Source: Magallana gigas (taxonomy: Eukaryota). From it: 64,000 nucleotides of DNA. Positions 21,476-33,003 of the stretch are shown here, piece by piece; position 1 is the first letter of the stretch, and every line of letters begins with the position of its first letter. The notes under the pieces are model-generated. The model was not told the origin of the DNA. It made no database searches and worked only from the letters and a program-made list of their open reading frames with translations. The DNA is taken from assembly GCF_963853765.1 (NCBI RefSeq), contig NC_088859.1, forward strand, positions 3,968,001 to 4,032,000, in the 5' to 3' direction. A program made the position numbers and the translations under genes.

Positions 21476-23557
21476 ATGTTCAATTTAAACAAACATTGTC
21501 TTTATAATGATAGGTGTGAAGGAATGCAACACATGTCAGAGTCAGTGTTTGTGGGACTGTGCGAGATAGTTGGGACCTCAACTCAGGTGGCCATGAGGGG
21601 AGAGACAGTGGATATTAAGGAAATGTTGGAAAGAAGAGTAACAGCTAGCTATGCATATATCGAAATGATGAGTGGAAGTAACAGAGAAGGTTTCAGACTT
21701 AAGGGATCAGATGTGGACGTTATGTACTGGCCAAACAACCACCGAGTGATCATGGACATGTCTCAGTCTGAGTATTACAACACAGCCAATACAACGTTGA
21801 TTCTCTCAAAAAGTTCTGAGAGTCCACCAGGATTCACTCTACTTCAGTTACTGACACAAACCACATACAAAGAGGTCCAATCAACATGTGTCAAAATGAA
21901 TGGCAGAACCTATATATCTAGCTCTAAATACAGACAGTTAACTTGTTCGGCTACACTACCTAATTCCGTTGTACATGGACCCTGTGGTAGCGGTGATATT
22001 GGACAGGAAGTGGAGTATGACACTGCTTTTTGTTTTGTTAGTGACGTTTGGCCTCCATCTGCCTCATCATGGAAAGATAGATGCCACTCATGGCCTGATC
22101 CTGAAGTCGTTGATGAAATTGTCAGAAGTGGATGTCACTTTGTAGCAATAGGACACCCATTAGGACTCCATGAACAAGAAGAATGGAGAATGTCTTTTTC
22201 TCAGGCAGAGAACAGGTGTGTGTATGCAATGGACCACTGTCAGTTTTTGACTTATGGATTGCTAAAACTGTTTTTAAAAGAAGTTGTAAATCAACAATCA
22301 GAAGAAACCAAAGGACTGCTATGTTCCTATCACATGAAGACAACAATTTTCTGGGCAATTCAACAAAACACAGTGTCCAACTTGTGTCCACGAAATTTTC
22401 TGGCTGGTTTCTGGGTCTGCTTTAAACTCCTCCTTAAATGGGTGTATGAGGGGGTCAGTCCTAATTTTTTTATCCCGCAAAACAACCTGTTTCTAACTAA
22501 GGTCCATGGTTCAGCACAAAACAGACTGTTCCTACAGTTACATGAATTGTACAAGAAAGGTCTGGCCTGTCTGTTACAGAGTTCCTCTATCAGGTCCTAC
22601 ATTATAAGTGCCCTGTACAATCCCAGACTTTCTATCAATACAGATGAGAGCGTACTGAAATGTGAAATTGATCATGATTTGGAATTTTTTCTTGAGATGA
22701 GTTGTAATGATAACGTAAAATCAAACAGTCTTTACAGCTGTATGAAACACCTAGCTGAATTAGAACATCTAATTTGTTCACCCCTCACAGAATATAAAGT
22801 TCTCATGTTACAAAAACTTAAAGCTACCATCCTTCAGAGAACTGCTTTTATATTACACATTAACAAAGGTGTCAACAAGCAAATATATATACCTGACAAA
22901 TTGTCCTGTCATATGATAACATTAGCGGCCAAGTTTGGGTGTGTTTCTGATATGTTGTACATTGCCATGTATTATTACAAGACCCTTAGATACAGGGAAG
23001 CTTTGTCTGTTATAAAGATGACAGAAACCAAGTTAGTACAGCCATGTCTTATATATAGGAGACATGTAGACACAGAAAGTTATATTGAGGCTGTAGGGGG
23101 ACAGTCCTGGGCCACCAAAATGAGACAGGCTATGGCAGGAGATATCAAACTTTACAGCACAACATCTTATATAAGTGAGCTTATATTAGAACAACAGTCT
23201 GCTCTACAGAACAGAGTGCCTGCATTATATGTCCCAGTGTTTGTAATGCTATTATTCCTAGAGTTCTTGTGTTACAGACACATTGATACAACATTATCAC
23301 AAGAAACTCTTGATAAGTTACATATTCTAATCCACCTTGATCAGGGACTGTATGTACGTGATATATTTAGAGACATCTCCTGGGAAATTCTGGGGATCTG
23401 TCAACAGATCACAGGGAACGCCAAGACTGCTCTTTACTCATACCAACAGTCAATGTCAACACGGTATCCAATTCATCAAATTCAAAATGCTACACAAAAG
23501 AGAATACAGGAGTTACGTTCGTCAATATCACACCAGCAAATAAATTATGACATGTAA
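21476..23557 (+). CDS. Mab-21-domain nucleotidyltransferase / cGAS-like receptor (cGLR), single coding exon, helical TPR-like C-terminus
   Basis: 693-aa open frame. NTase signature SGSNREGFRLKGSDVDVM and a later acidic residue (EYDTAF). Mab-21 motifs GCHFVAIGHP, EWRMSFSQAE, LLKLFLKE, SYHMKTTIFW, PNFFIPQNNLF. True start may be an internal Met (MSESVFVG); a possible acceptor lies at 21513. Confidence 0.88.
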   Translation: MFNLNKHCLYNDRCEGMQHMSESVFVGLCEIVGTSTQVAMRGETVDIKEMLERRVTASYAYIEMMSGSNREGFRLKGSDVDVMYWPNNHRVIMDMSQSEYYNTANTTLILSKSSESPPGFTLLQLLTQTTYKEVQSTCVKMNGRTYISSSKYRQLTCSATLPNSVVHGPCGSGDIGQEVEYDTAFCFVSDVWPPSASSWKDRCHSWPDPEVVDEIVRSGCHFVAIGHPLGLHEQEEWRMSFSQAENRCVYAMDHCQFLTYGLLKLFLKEVVNQQSEETKGLLCSYHMKTTIFWAIQQNTVSNLCPRNFLAGFWVCFKLLLKWVYEGVSPNFFIPQNNLFLTKVHGSAQNRLFLQLHELYKKGLACLLQSSSIRSYIISALYNPRLSINTDESVLKCEIDHDLEFFLEMSCNDNVKSNSLYSCMKHLAELEHLICSPLTEYKVLMLQKLKATILQRTAFILHINKGVNKQIYIPDKLSCHMITLAAKFGCVSDMLYIAMYYYKTLRYREALSVIKMTETKLVQPCLIYRRHVDTESYIEAVGGQSWATKMRQAMAGDIKLYSTTSYISELILEQQSALQNRVPALYVPVFVMLLFLEFLCYRHIDTTLSQETLDKLHILIHLDQGLYVRDIFRDISWEILGICQQITGNAKTALYSYQQSMSTRYPIHQIQNATQKRIQELRSSISHQQINYDM

Positions 23558-23648
23558 TTCCATTAAATTGTTATGGCCATAGGAGTAAATAAAAGATTGA
23601 CCAGTTTCATAATGCAGGAACCTCATCACACTTTAGTCAGTTTATAAG

Positions 23649-23757
23649 GAGGCTTTTTTTCTAACATGAAATTTCTTTTTTTGCAATATGATTTTAAGGA
23701 AAAGAGGCTTCTTTTCTAACATGAAATTTCTTTTTTTGCAATATGATTTTAAGGAAA
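23649..23757. repeat. 55-bp tandem duplication in the cGLR 3' flank
   Basis: GAGGCTT.TTTTCTAACATGAAATTTC...TTTTAAGGAAAA occurs twice. Confidence 0.9.
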
Positions 23758-24364
23758 AAACGTTTCCACTAATTATTTGAATGTAGATTACCACAACATC
23801 ATCGGGCACCCATATTGATTTGAAGTTGAGGGTTTTTAAGATTTTTTTTCTGTTAAACTATATCCACTTTTTCAAAATGGTGTGATCCTTTTCTTAATTC
23901 AGAAAGGATTGACCCCCCCCCCCCTCCAAAAAAAAATATTTAAAACTGTTTGTACCTTCTTTGATTTTATCATTTTATCAGGGGATTTTTACTCACCCTA
24001 GGCACCTGATCCCACCTCTATCTTTTTAGAGGTCCATGTGCTCTGCTTTAAATTCGAATATTTTTTTATGTTAAGAATGAATAATTTCTTCGAACAAAAT
24101 TTAAATGTCAGAGGTTGAATTACATCTTTATATGAGACACTACATCAACTGTCATTGTTCCGATCTTAATTTTTGTTAAACTAGCTGGTATGATTATGAG
24201 GAATAGTTATTATCATAATCTTTTTTTTCAAAATATTTTTTTTTATTTTTAACCGCGGCCGCCAGAGACCTTTTTGTTCTGTAATTGAGAATTATGATTG
24301 GTATTTGGAATCATCAAAAACAAAGTATAATTATGTATCTAACCCGAATGTAATATTTCTGTGT

Positions 24365-24615
24365 TTTTAGAATCATTTACTATTTCAATGAATATTTTCG
24401 TCCTTTTTACGGTTATCTTTCCAAAATAATATATTTAATTAGACTCAACAAGTAAATGAGGAAAATACTTTATACTTGAAGCCTTGCATTTTAGAATTAT
24501 TTACTATTTCAATGAATATTTTCGTCCTTTTTACGGTTATCTTTCCAAAATAATATATTTAATTAGACTCAACAAGTAAATGAGGAAAATACTTTATGCT
24601 TGAAGCCTTGCATTT
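24365..24615. repeat. 124-bp tandem duplication
   Basis: Two near-identical units starting at about 24369 and 24493. Confidence 0.9.
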
Positions 24616-26269
24616 TTTAAATGGCAGCACGGCAATTGCACTGTAATCTTTGTTGTTATGAGTTGCTTATGATACAAGTAACATACTTATATTTCTTCTA
24701 TCGAACACTTTTATCGCATTTAAGTCTAGCTTATAAAATAGAAATGTTGTTCTCTGTTGTGCAGAGGTGTTTACCATTCATATGAATCTCGTTTTTGTAA
24801 ACATAATCATAAAAATAAAATGATTTCAAAGTATGTTTCTTATATTTGTCTCATGTTATGATACGTGTTTTTAGAAAAAATAGTTCAATATTTCAAGGTG
24901 ATTTTAAAATTGAAATAAACAGAAATCCATGTCAAGTGCTGGACTTTTCAATACGAATAGACTCATTGCTCCATGATAAAGAGGCATCAATACTTTGAGC
25001 CTTAAAGTAATTCACTTTTAAAAGGAGATAACTGCAGCTAGGAGTTGCTGTAGCCATTTGTAAATATTTACATTCACTTTCTTTTCCCCTGTTGCATTGA
25101 TTGATTTGAGTGATATTTATGCATAACAACAAGTTGTTGTCCTTTAAAAAAGGACTACAATATGTGGACCATTTGCATGTGTTTCCAACGAAAACGTGAA
25201 AGCCTTAAGATTATCAGAGATTCCACCGACTCTAGCCCTCTGCTTTTAACCACTAAATTTGTACGTTGTATTACGTATACATGTATGTATAGCCCTGACT
25301 TTTTATCTCAGAATTTTAAAGGTTCATACTTCTAAAATAATTATGATCTATCTATGAATGAAGTTTGCATGTATAGTATCAGGCATTCGGTGAATTCTAC
25401 TATTTGCGCACACATTACGATTCGCACTACTTTGTTAACTATGCAGTGACATCTTTGTGTAAATTAAAAATTTCATATTTTGATGCATTTTTCTTGAGAA
25501 GTGACATAATTATTCAATCATACTTAAATGCTTAAAAAAAATTAATCGGGAAGTTCTTTAGCCTCGCCTACTATAAAAGTAAAGTTAAGTTACATGTGTA
25601 TTCGGAAAACAACAAAACATTGCAAATTATGCTATTTGATGCATATGCATGTTGTAGTTTCGGCATAACATTAACTTATCTCATAATATTGATAGTTCAT
25701 TGATATCACATGCCAATCATTTCTTTAAAAGGAATACTTTGTTTCTGTACTGTTTACCGACAACTTTACAATTACAGCGCCTTTGAACTTATGTGTGCAT
25801 ATGGCACGGAATCCCGATTCCGATTCAGATAAACGTGTGCTAGCCTGTTTCCCAGAGCTACCTACTACGCACAGGAACCAGACTAGCTCATGCGCAGGCT
25901 GAATTTTCCCCATAGCATCCGGTTTAACCTCGCTTATATATTTTCTGCGTGGACCTCAGGGTCCACGCAAAAAAGACCCAATCACCAAGTTTGGTGCGTA
26001 TGGATACATTCAACGTTCCTTCATATTTCTCAAAGAACATGACTGACTCCCATCGCGACTTCAAACCGGATCACTACCTGGTATAATACTTACGTTGATT
26101 AATATTTCAATGGTGTAAATAGTTTTTAACAGTGGAAATGACTTCAGTTGATTAATTTTTTAGTAAACAAAAAGTAAATTCTTCAAATTACAGCATGAAA
26201 AGTATAATTGTGTTACTACATGATGTCAGCATAAATCGTCGGCTGCAATTTTTTTAAAGAGATTTTTAA

Positions 26270-26761
26270 AGGGGCATGGTCACGATTTTGGCCAAAAATT
26301 ATTTTCACGATTTAATGTTTACAATGCTTCAGTGATGCTTATTAATAAGCAACCTAAATTTGAGTGTCATTTGTTCAGTTTTAAGCGAGTTAAAGAGCTT
26401 ACAATTCTTTTGCCATGTAAACAAAGCTTTTGTTTACATTTTGAATGTTGAAGTGAAAATTTCAATTCTAGACCTAAAATGAATGTGTTAAACGTTACGA
26501 ACTGTTTATCTATGCTTAAAATGAATAAGAAGATAGAAAAATTAGCTTGAAAAAGGTTTTTTATTGGTATATTGAACCTATGTAAACAAAAACAGGGCAC
26601 GAGCCTTGTTTACATGACACAGATTTGTGAGCTCTGTATCTTGCTTAAAACTTAAAGACTGACTCTCAAATTTCATTTGATCATTAGAATTGCATTTCTA
26701 AAGCATTGCAAATAATAAAAACAGAGAAATAGAATTTGGCCAAAATCGTGACCATGCCCCT
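26270..26761. mobile_element. Kolobok-like MITE, copy 2
   Basis: TTAA at 26266-26269 and 26762-26765; perfect 27-bp TIRs; internal sequence aligns end to end with 5264-5757. Confidence 0.88.
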
Positions 26762-26813
26762 TTAAAAATAAACCATATTTGCGGAGAGGGAAAAGATGTT
26801 AAAAACGTAAATA

Positions 26814-26936
26814 TAAGCATTGAATCATTATTTTTTTTTTTTTGGAAAATGTGGTCTCATAACTGCAACGGTGTGTGCAAACAAATTTTCACGCGCGCGT
26901 TACCACATCTTTCAAAAAATAATGATTCAATGCTTA
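26814..26936. repeat. Short palindromic element
   Basis: TAAGCATTGAATCATTATTTTTT ... AAAAAATAATGATTCAATGCTTA, plus inner ATGTGGT/ACCACAT. Confidence 0.75.
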
Positions 26937-27231
26937 AGGTAGAGAATTATGCAAAGTTTGTGTATTAATAAAAAAGATAATAACGAATCTTTTAATTAAA
27001 CACAAAATTATTTTGGTCATGCAAAGTCACTGACTTTCTTCACACTTTTAATAACATATATTTATCATGTTTATACATTCGATCAATCTAAATATTCTTC
27101 ATCTCATCAATAAATCAACGATACAATAAAAAGGTGACAGACGTGTGTTGTGTTTATTGAAGTTATATCAGCTACAGATTGTTTATTTACAGTGGTATAT
27201 ATACACGGCTGGGCGCTGACCGCCCGGGGCC

Positions 27232-30200
27232 TCAGGACAGGGTCGGGGGGATTGGGTTGGTGGGCTGCATCACCTGGCGCTTGTAGTGTGTGTTGGTGTA
27301 CACCCCGCTCTCGTCCTGCCACGTGTTCCGGCCCGGACGACGGTAATCGGCCGTGTCCGTGAACTGGGAGTTACACTTCCGGTAGGCGGGGGATAGGTCC
27401 GGGAAATCGGCCGGCTTCTCCTGTAATATTGTATACATATATAAACGATATTGGGAACCAGTCTATAGGGTAAAACATAATTGTTGATGGACAGCAATTT
27501 GCAAAAAGCTTAGAAGATAATTTTTTAAGATCAAATCTATGTAAGAATCAAAATTTGGTGGCTACATAGTCACAGATTTTCTTCATACTTAAGAATTTGA
27601 TAGACTTTGGTGAGTACAAAAACCTAACACCATTTCTTTGCTGCTATGTGGCCCCGTTGCCATGGTAACCGAGGGTAAAGATGTAAAAGTGGCATTTTAA
27701 TGCTTATTTGAGAACATATTGCGAGTAATGTGCACAACTTGGGGTTTCCAGGGTAGAATATATTATTAAAAAAAGTTGTCATTTTTCAACGCGAATATTT
27801 TTAGAGCGTTTCCATGGTTACAAAACAGAGATTTTAAAATCTGTTTTCTTCATTTGATTGAAATAAAAAGTGCAAATCTTGGATTTTTGGTAAACACTAT
27901 TATGATTGTGCAATTAAGAATTTAAATATGAAAATTAAGAACCGTTGCTATGGTAACCAGATTTAAAATAAAGAAAAATAAAATATTTTAGGCATCCTTG
28001 AATGGATATAATTCACTTATAATGAATAAATATATAAAATCAATTGGTTAGAAAAAATAAAGTATGTCCTTAACTTTAATGTCACTTGAAAAAAAATCTG
28101 AAATTTTCTAAAAATAACTGCCGTTGCTATGGACTTTTTAAAAAGTAAGAATTTCTGTGTGATTTTTTATGCAACTTAATTTTCCATACCAACAACACGT
28201 CTTTGTTGCATAACAAATCTTTTTATGGTATATAATGACAATTTAGATATATTTTTACAATTTCCAACTAAAACAACTGCAAAAAAATTAGGTATTAAAG
28301 TATATCAAAATCATTTTCATTTTCATTTTCTCAGTTTTTTCTATGTTTTGGCCTTGTTGCCATAGCAACGGATGTATATTTTCATAATGAAATATATATT
28401 GCATGGACATTGATATGGATGTAAAAATTTAACAGTTTCTCAATTCGGCTTATTAAAAATCAGCAAAAAACTGATTTCAAAAATTTGTAACGGTTTCCAT
28501 GGTAACATTTTAAAAGTATTGGTTCCTCCATCAATTTTCTGATATAATTAAAAAATTCAAAATAGGACAAAGGCTGTTTTATATCTTTGATAGTTTACAT
28601 TAGTGGGCAAAACCTTGTAATGTGGCTTCAAAATAGGTAAGTTTTGCTATTTTTATATCTTTAGCCTCAATTACCATGGCAACGGTTACCCCCAGCAACC
28701 AACTTTTAGTGGTTTTTTGCGTTTTACACCTAGGTGTGTATGAAATATAAGGAAAATTGTTGATTATGCGTGGCCAGACCCTTTTATATAAACCTTTGAT
28801 TCTTACATACAATTGATTTTAAAAAGAAGGCAATGAATTAATATAGTTTCAATATGATCATAGTTGGAAAACGCTACAGTTTAGTAAATGAAATTTGACT
28901 ATTAAAAAACATTAATTTACCTTTAAGTACAAAGTTTTTTTTTTACAATTTTTTTTTCTTAAAGGGACTTAGACACAATTTGACTTAATTTTCCACTTAT
29001 ATTTTTCCATTTTCAATGTTTATAATGATCAATATAGTAATTTATAATGCTATGCCAAAATTTGGAGGTCAAATATCAAGTTATAAGCAAGATACAGACT
29101 TCATAATTCTTTGTTTTGTAAACAAAGCTCGAATATTGTATTTTTTACATACGTGTTGTATTGGTGTAAGTTTTGATTAAATGTAACTTTCTACTGTTGA
29201 TAATAGTATTTATGAAGATATTGAATTAGTTTAAATTGTTTTTTGCGTGTCATTTTGTCTAAGAAATGGTATTTCTCTACATTACATTTTTTGTAAACAA
29301 CTATAAGACTCTAGCTTTGTTTACATAACAATCAATTCTTACCTCTGTATCTCGTTTGTAACTTGACTTTAAAATTCAATCATTTGGTCAATCATTGGAA
29401 ATGCACTAGTTAATCATTTTATACACAAAAAATAAATGCAGACGGAAAACCCTGCATACTTTGGCTACTATGTTTGAAATAGTTTCAAACTTTTACATAA
29501 CATGTAATCAGTTAGTAGAGGTATAATAACAGATCAATTATTAAGAAAATGTTTCTTTCCTAATTGAAATTTTGTGCCATTTTATTAGAGGACTTTTAAC
29601 CCAAAAGTATACCGCAAATTGTCATTTTTATGTTCCAATTTTGAGTACCAATTTGGCGGAGAGAATAAGTTGGTAAGTAAATGTAGTGATATCCATGCAA
29701 TTCATTGGGAAAGGGTATCTAGTGTTCTCGACCTGGTATTGTTTATCTTGAGTACAATTCAAAGCAAATGTAATTAGAAAATATACTCTACTCTATTGGG
29801 GAGAGGGGAGGGGGGGGTGGCAACAAAAGCTAATGAAACCAAGAGTTTGTTTTTGTTTACAATCATAATAAATTTGCATGGGCTTTTTAAAAAATAATTT
29901 CATCTATTGCTCTTTGGTCCTATCAATTTACAGATAAACATTTTATGCTTTATTTATTCATTTAGCATGACTGAACAAAGTTATTTGCTTTCAATCCAAA
30001 TTGAACCATACAGATTTCAGGGAGAAAATATGCAGTGTAAGTGAAATAGATATTTTCTGATGAATGCCCAAAACTAGAGTCTAGCTCTGGCAGATATATA
30101 CAAAGGCAGATAATGTGATGGTGACCACTTACAGGGACGGGGGTGTACTCAGGGTCCGGGGGTGTAAAATCTGCCCGGTGAGTGGACTCTAAATGGAATT

Positions 30201-32134
30201 TGTTGTAATCAGGATTATGTCTTGGTAAAACAGATCCAAATCCTCGTTGTGGGGTGCCTAAATCTCTGTAACATATACACAAACAAATATTAGATTTTGA
30301 TAAGATATCGATATCTATACCAAAAAAAATGTCCAAATCTAGCAATGAATCATATTATATCATACTGTATCTCAATATTTTGTTGTTGTTAATCCACCAG
30401 GATATATGATATTATATCATATTGTGACGGGTAGTTATTGGGGTTTCAGCCACCCCCTTTTTTTTTTTCTCTTTTTTTTTTTTTGAATTCTGTAAAAAAA
30501 AGGGGGGGGTGGCTGAAACCCCAATAACTACCCGTCACAATATTATTACTTTAAAATATTTTGTTTATAATTAGATGTAATCTTTGTATGAATTTGTACT
30601 TGTGACCCTAATGTAAATACTTTCTAAATAATTATGAAATTGGTATTCCCGTTTCATAGAAATATATTCATATGCAGAAGAATTACATCTGCATATTGTT
30701 GACACCATGTTTAATTAGTCTCAGGTAAATAAGAAATCATGAAAACAAACCGAATTTTACTAAAAAAAATTCTACTTACAGCAAAATAAATTCATGAAAA
30801 GTTAAATGAATAATTTTTAAACATTGTCATTAATATTGTTTTCTCTATGATAGCATCTTTATGCTAGATCATCATTCATTACATTTACCTGTCCAAGTGA
30901 GCATGTTCCAATGTGTTCATGTTCATCATTGGTTTCCTTGGAATTTGTTCCTCAAAATCTTTTTTCAGGAAGGTTTGTTCAGCATGGTCTTGATATGTTG
31001 TTTTATTCAAGGACTACAAAAGGAAAAAAAAATCTGATATAACACACAGTCTGTGTACATAGTATTCTACTATATTTACATCATCCAGTGTCTTTGTCTG
31101 TGATAACATTACGTATCGATTTTGTACTATATAACCCATAATACAAATGATGCCAAATTGAGGTGCCGGTGGGGTTTGCTTATTTATAGCTAAAGATTTA
31201 ATTGTACGATTGCTTAAAATTATATAAATATAAGTAATAAGGAATCATTTTTTGAATATTATGAGGTGATAATTTCGGTCGGGGCGTGATCAAATCTATC
31301 ATAAAGCCCTTCGGGCTTTATTGGATTTGATCACGCCCCGACCAAAATTATCACCTCATAATACTCAAAGAATGATTCCTTATTCCTAATGTAAGCACAT
31401 AATATATCTCATTTTATTTTCTAACTCTTTGGGGGTTTTTTTCTTCTTTTTTTTGGTATAGAACAGTTGATATCGGAGATTTCTCAATTCCTAAAAATTC
31501 AATATGAAGTGACTAAAAAAAAAAAACTTAAATTTCTACAAAATTGACTCACAGTTTAAGTTTTTTTTTCATGTTTTTGATGATGTCGCCCAATCTGTAC
31601 AGTTTATACTCTTTTGTCTTTTCTTGATAAGACTTTTCCCCTATTACTAGTAATATTTCACTGCCTAACTCTTAACAACTCACCCCATCGGTAATGTTTC
31701 CTATCCTTTCATACGTGGCTTTGCAGAGATTTCTTTCATCTCCTCGACTGATGTCATAATCCTTAGGTTCTGCTTCTCGTGCTTGATGCCTGTAATCATT
31801 TTATCGATGGGTTCTTTTTGTTCTCAAACAACACGGATTTGTAAGATTTTTATTCTTTATTCATATATGAATAAACTTCAGACGTATATATATTATTTTT
31901 AACAACATGTTTCCTTCATATAAAAGCATCGATATATTTTCTTATTTATTTACATCGAGGAAATTCGAAATTATTAAAATTACAGTGTTTATCTTTTTTG
32001 ATTAAAACAAACTGTCTCCAGATTTATGGTTACACATACCAATTTGAGTTTAAAGTTGCTCTCCCATAGTTCATATGGTTTGATCTCAGAAAAAGAGATC
32101 CTTTTCTTTCAATGTAGTCGGGTATTCCTGCCAT
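27232..32134 (-). CDS. CFAP95: Cilia- and flagella-associated protein 95 (C9orf135) homolog, 5 coding exons, 215 aa
   Basis: Exons 32134-32040, 31789-31684, 31013-30889, 30265-30133 and 27420-27232; all GT/AG, phase-consistent, 648 nt total. Peptides ERKGSLFLRS, LCKATYERIG, GFGSVLPRH and RKCNSQFTD...NTWQDESGVYTN match human C9orf135 as recalled (ERKGSLTLRS, GFGAVFPRH, RKCRSQFTD...NTWHDESGIYAN). Confidence 0.88.
27640..28790. repeat. Repeat-like intronic segment rich in RFX X-box motifs
   Basis: Seven full-length and one partial GTT(G/T)CCATGG(T/C)AAC-type motifs in about 1.05 kb. Boundaries and TE family not determined. Confidence 0.55.
28963..29400. mobile_element. Diverged or truncated TTAA-flanked MITE related to the Kolobok-like copies
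   Basis: TTAA|AGGGAC start; internal AGTTATAAGCAAGATACAGA...TGTAAACAAAGC resembles the same region of 5264-5757. Right TIR not found. Confidence 0.45.
30419..30543. repeat. Perfect-arm hairpin element in CFAP95 intron 3
   Basis: ATATTGTGACGGGTAGTTATTGGGGTTTCAGCCACCCCC and its exact reverse complement flank a T-rich/A-rich spacer. Confidence 0.9.
31113..31384 (+). repeat. Dispersed repeat ending in a ~150-bp palindrome (copy 1)
   Basis: 31236-31384 is a near-perfect inverted repeat centred on AAAGCCC-TTC-GGGCTTT. The unit recurs at 32782-33003. Confidence 0.85.
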
Positions 32135-32149
32135 ATTCTTCTATTTACA

Positions 32150-32215
32150 TTGACAGCGGAAGTTGACAAGGCATTCGCTTGGTTACGGTCCAGCTAAAAT
32201 CAGGAAGTCGGGAAG
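32150..32215. promoter_or_regulatory. Probable CFAP95 core promoter / 5' region with ETS-like GGAAG(T) motifs
   Basis: GCGGAAGT, CAGGAAGT and CGGGAAG lie within about 85 bp of the CFAP95 ATG. Motif match only. Confidence 0.3.
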
Positions 32216-32681
32216 AGCAATTCTGACAGTTTAAAAAGCAAAATTGGATATTCGGACATAGTAAAGGTGATGAAAAATTATTTGTTTAACCAGAACTCTT
32301 TAATTAGAATACAAAATTAAATTACATTTTCAATTTAAACTACGGCTAAATATGAACTGTTTTTCTGAACAACGTACGGGTATGACTAATGTCAGACACT
32401 ACGAAGTTTCCGACTGAGTGCCTATAATAAGTATTGAGTAATTTTATATTGCGATATATTTAGTTTTATAATATATGCACTCCAAATCTAATCACAACAA
32501 AACTACCGAACCCCCAATAATTTTGGGCTTTTCATATTTTGATATAGTAAGTACGGTGCCTATTTTATTTTAAAATTTTATTGTTTTCTACTTTCAAGTC
32601 TTTGTTGGTTTTAGGCGCACGTGCGGTTATAGTTACATTTTTCCAAACAGAGATGATCAGTGACGAAACAAAATTTATATT

Positions 32682-32684
<3 letters not shown>

Positions 32685-32749
<65 letters not shown>
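32685..32749. repeat. (CT)n microsatellite
   Basis: About 32 CT units. Confidence 0.97.
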
Positions 32750-32752
<3 letters not shown>

Positions 32753-32781
32753 ATTTTGCAAAGCAGCGCGTCCTTTTTTAA

Positions 32782-33003
32782 GTATCGATTTTGTACTATA
32801 TAACCCATAACTTCAAACTACGCCAAATTGAGGCGCCAGCGGGGTTTGCTTGTTTATATTTTTAATATTTATTCGTATGATGGATTAAAATTATTTAAAT
32901 ATAAGTAATAAGGAATCATTTTTTGAGTATTATGAGGTGAAAATTTCGGTCGGGGTGTAATCAAATCTATCATAAAGCCGTTCAGGCTTTATTGGATTTG
33001 ATC
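32782..33003 (+). repeat. Dispersed repeat, copy 2 (palindrome truncated on the right)
   Basis: Aligns with 31113-31332. Confidence 0.85.

Noticed and set aside
21476-23557. Bacterial CBASS CD-NTase operon
   Set aside because: Metazoan Mab-21 motifs, no adjacent effector or Cap genes, and surrounded by spliced genes.
23985-24055. Segment resembling a common bivalve retroelement 3' end (AGGCACCTGATCCCACCTCT)
   Set aside because: Too short, and based on recollection only, to classify.
25725-25968. Short minus-strand ORF and a 9-bp hairpin (GCGTGGACC-TCAG-GGTCCACGC)
   Set aside because: No recognisable motif or splice context; cannot be assigned without a search.
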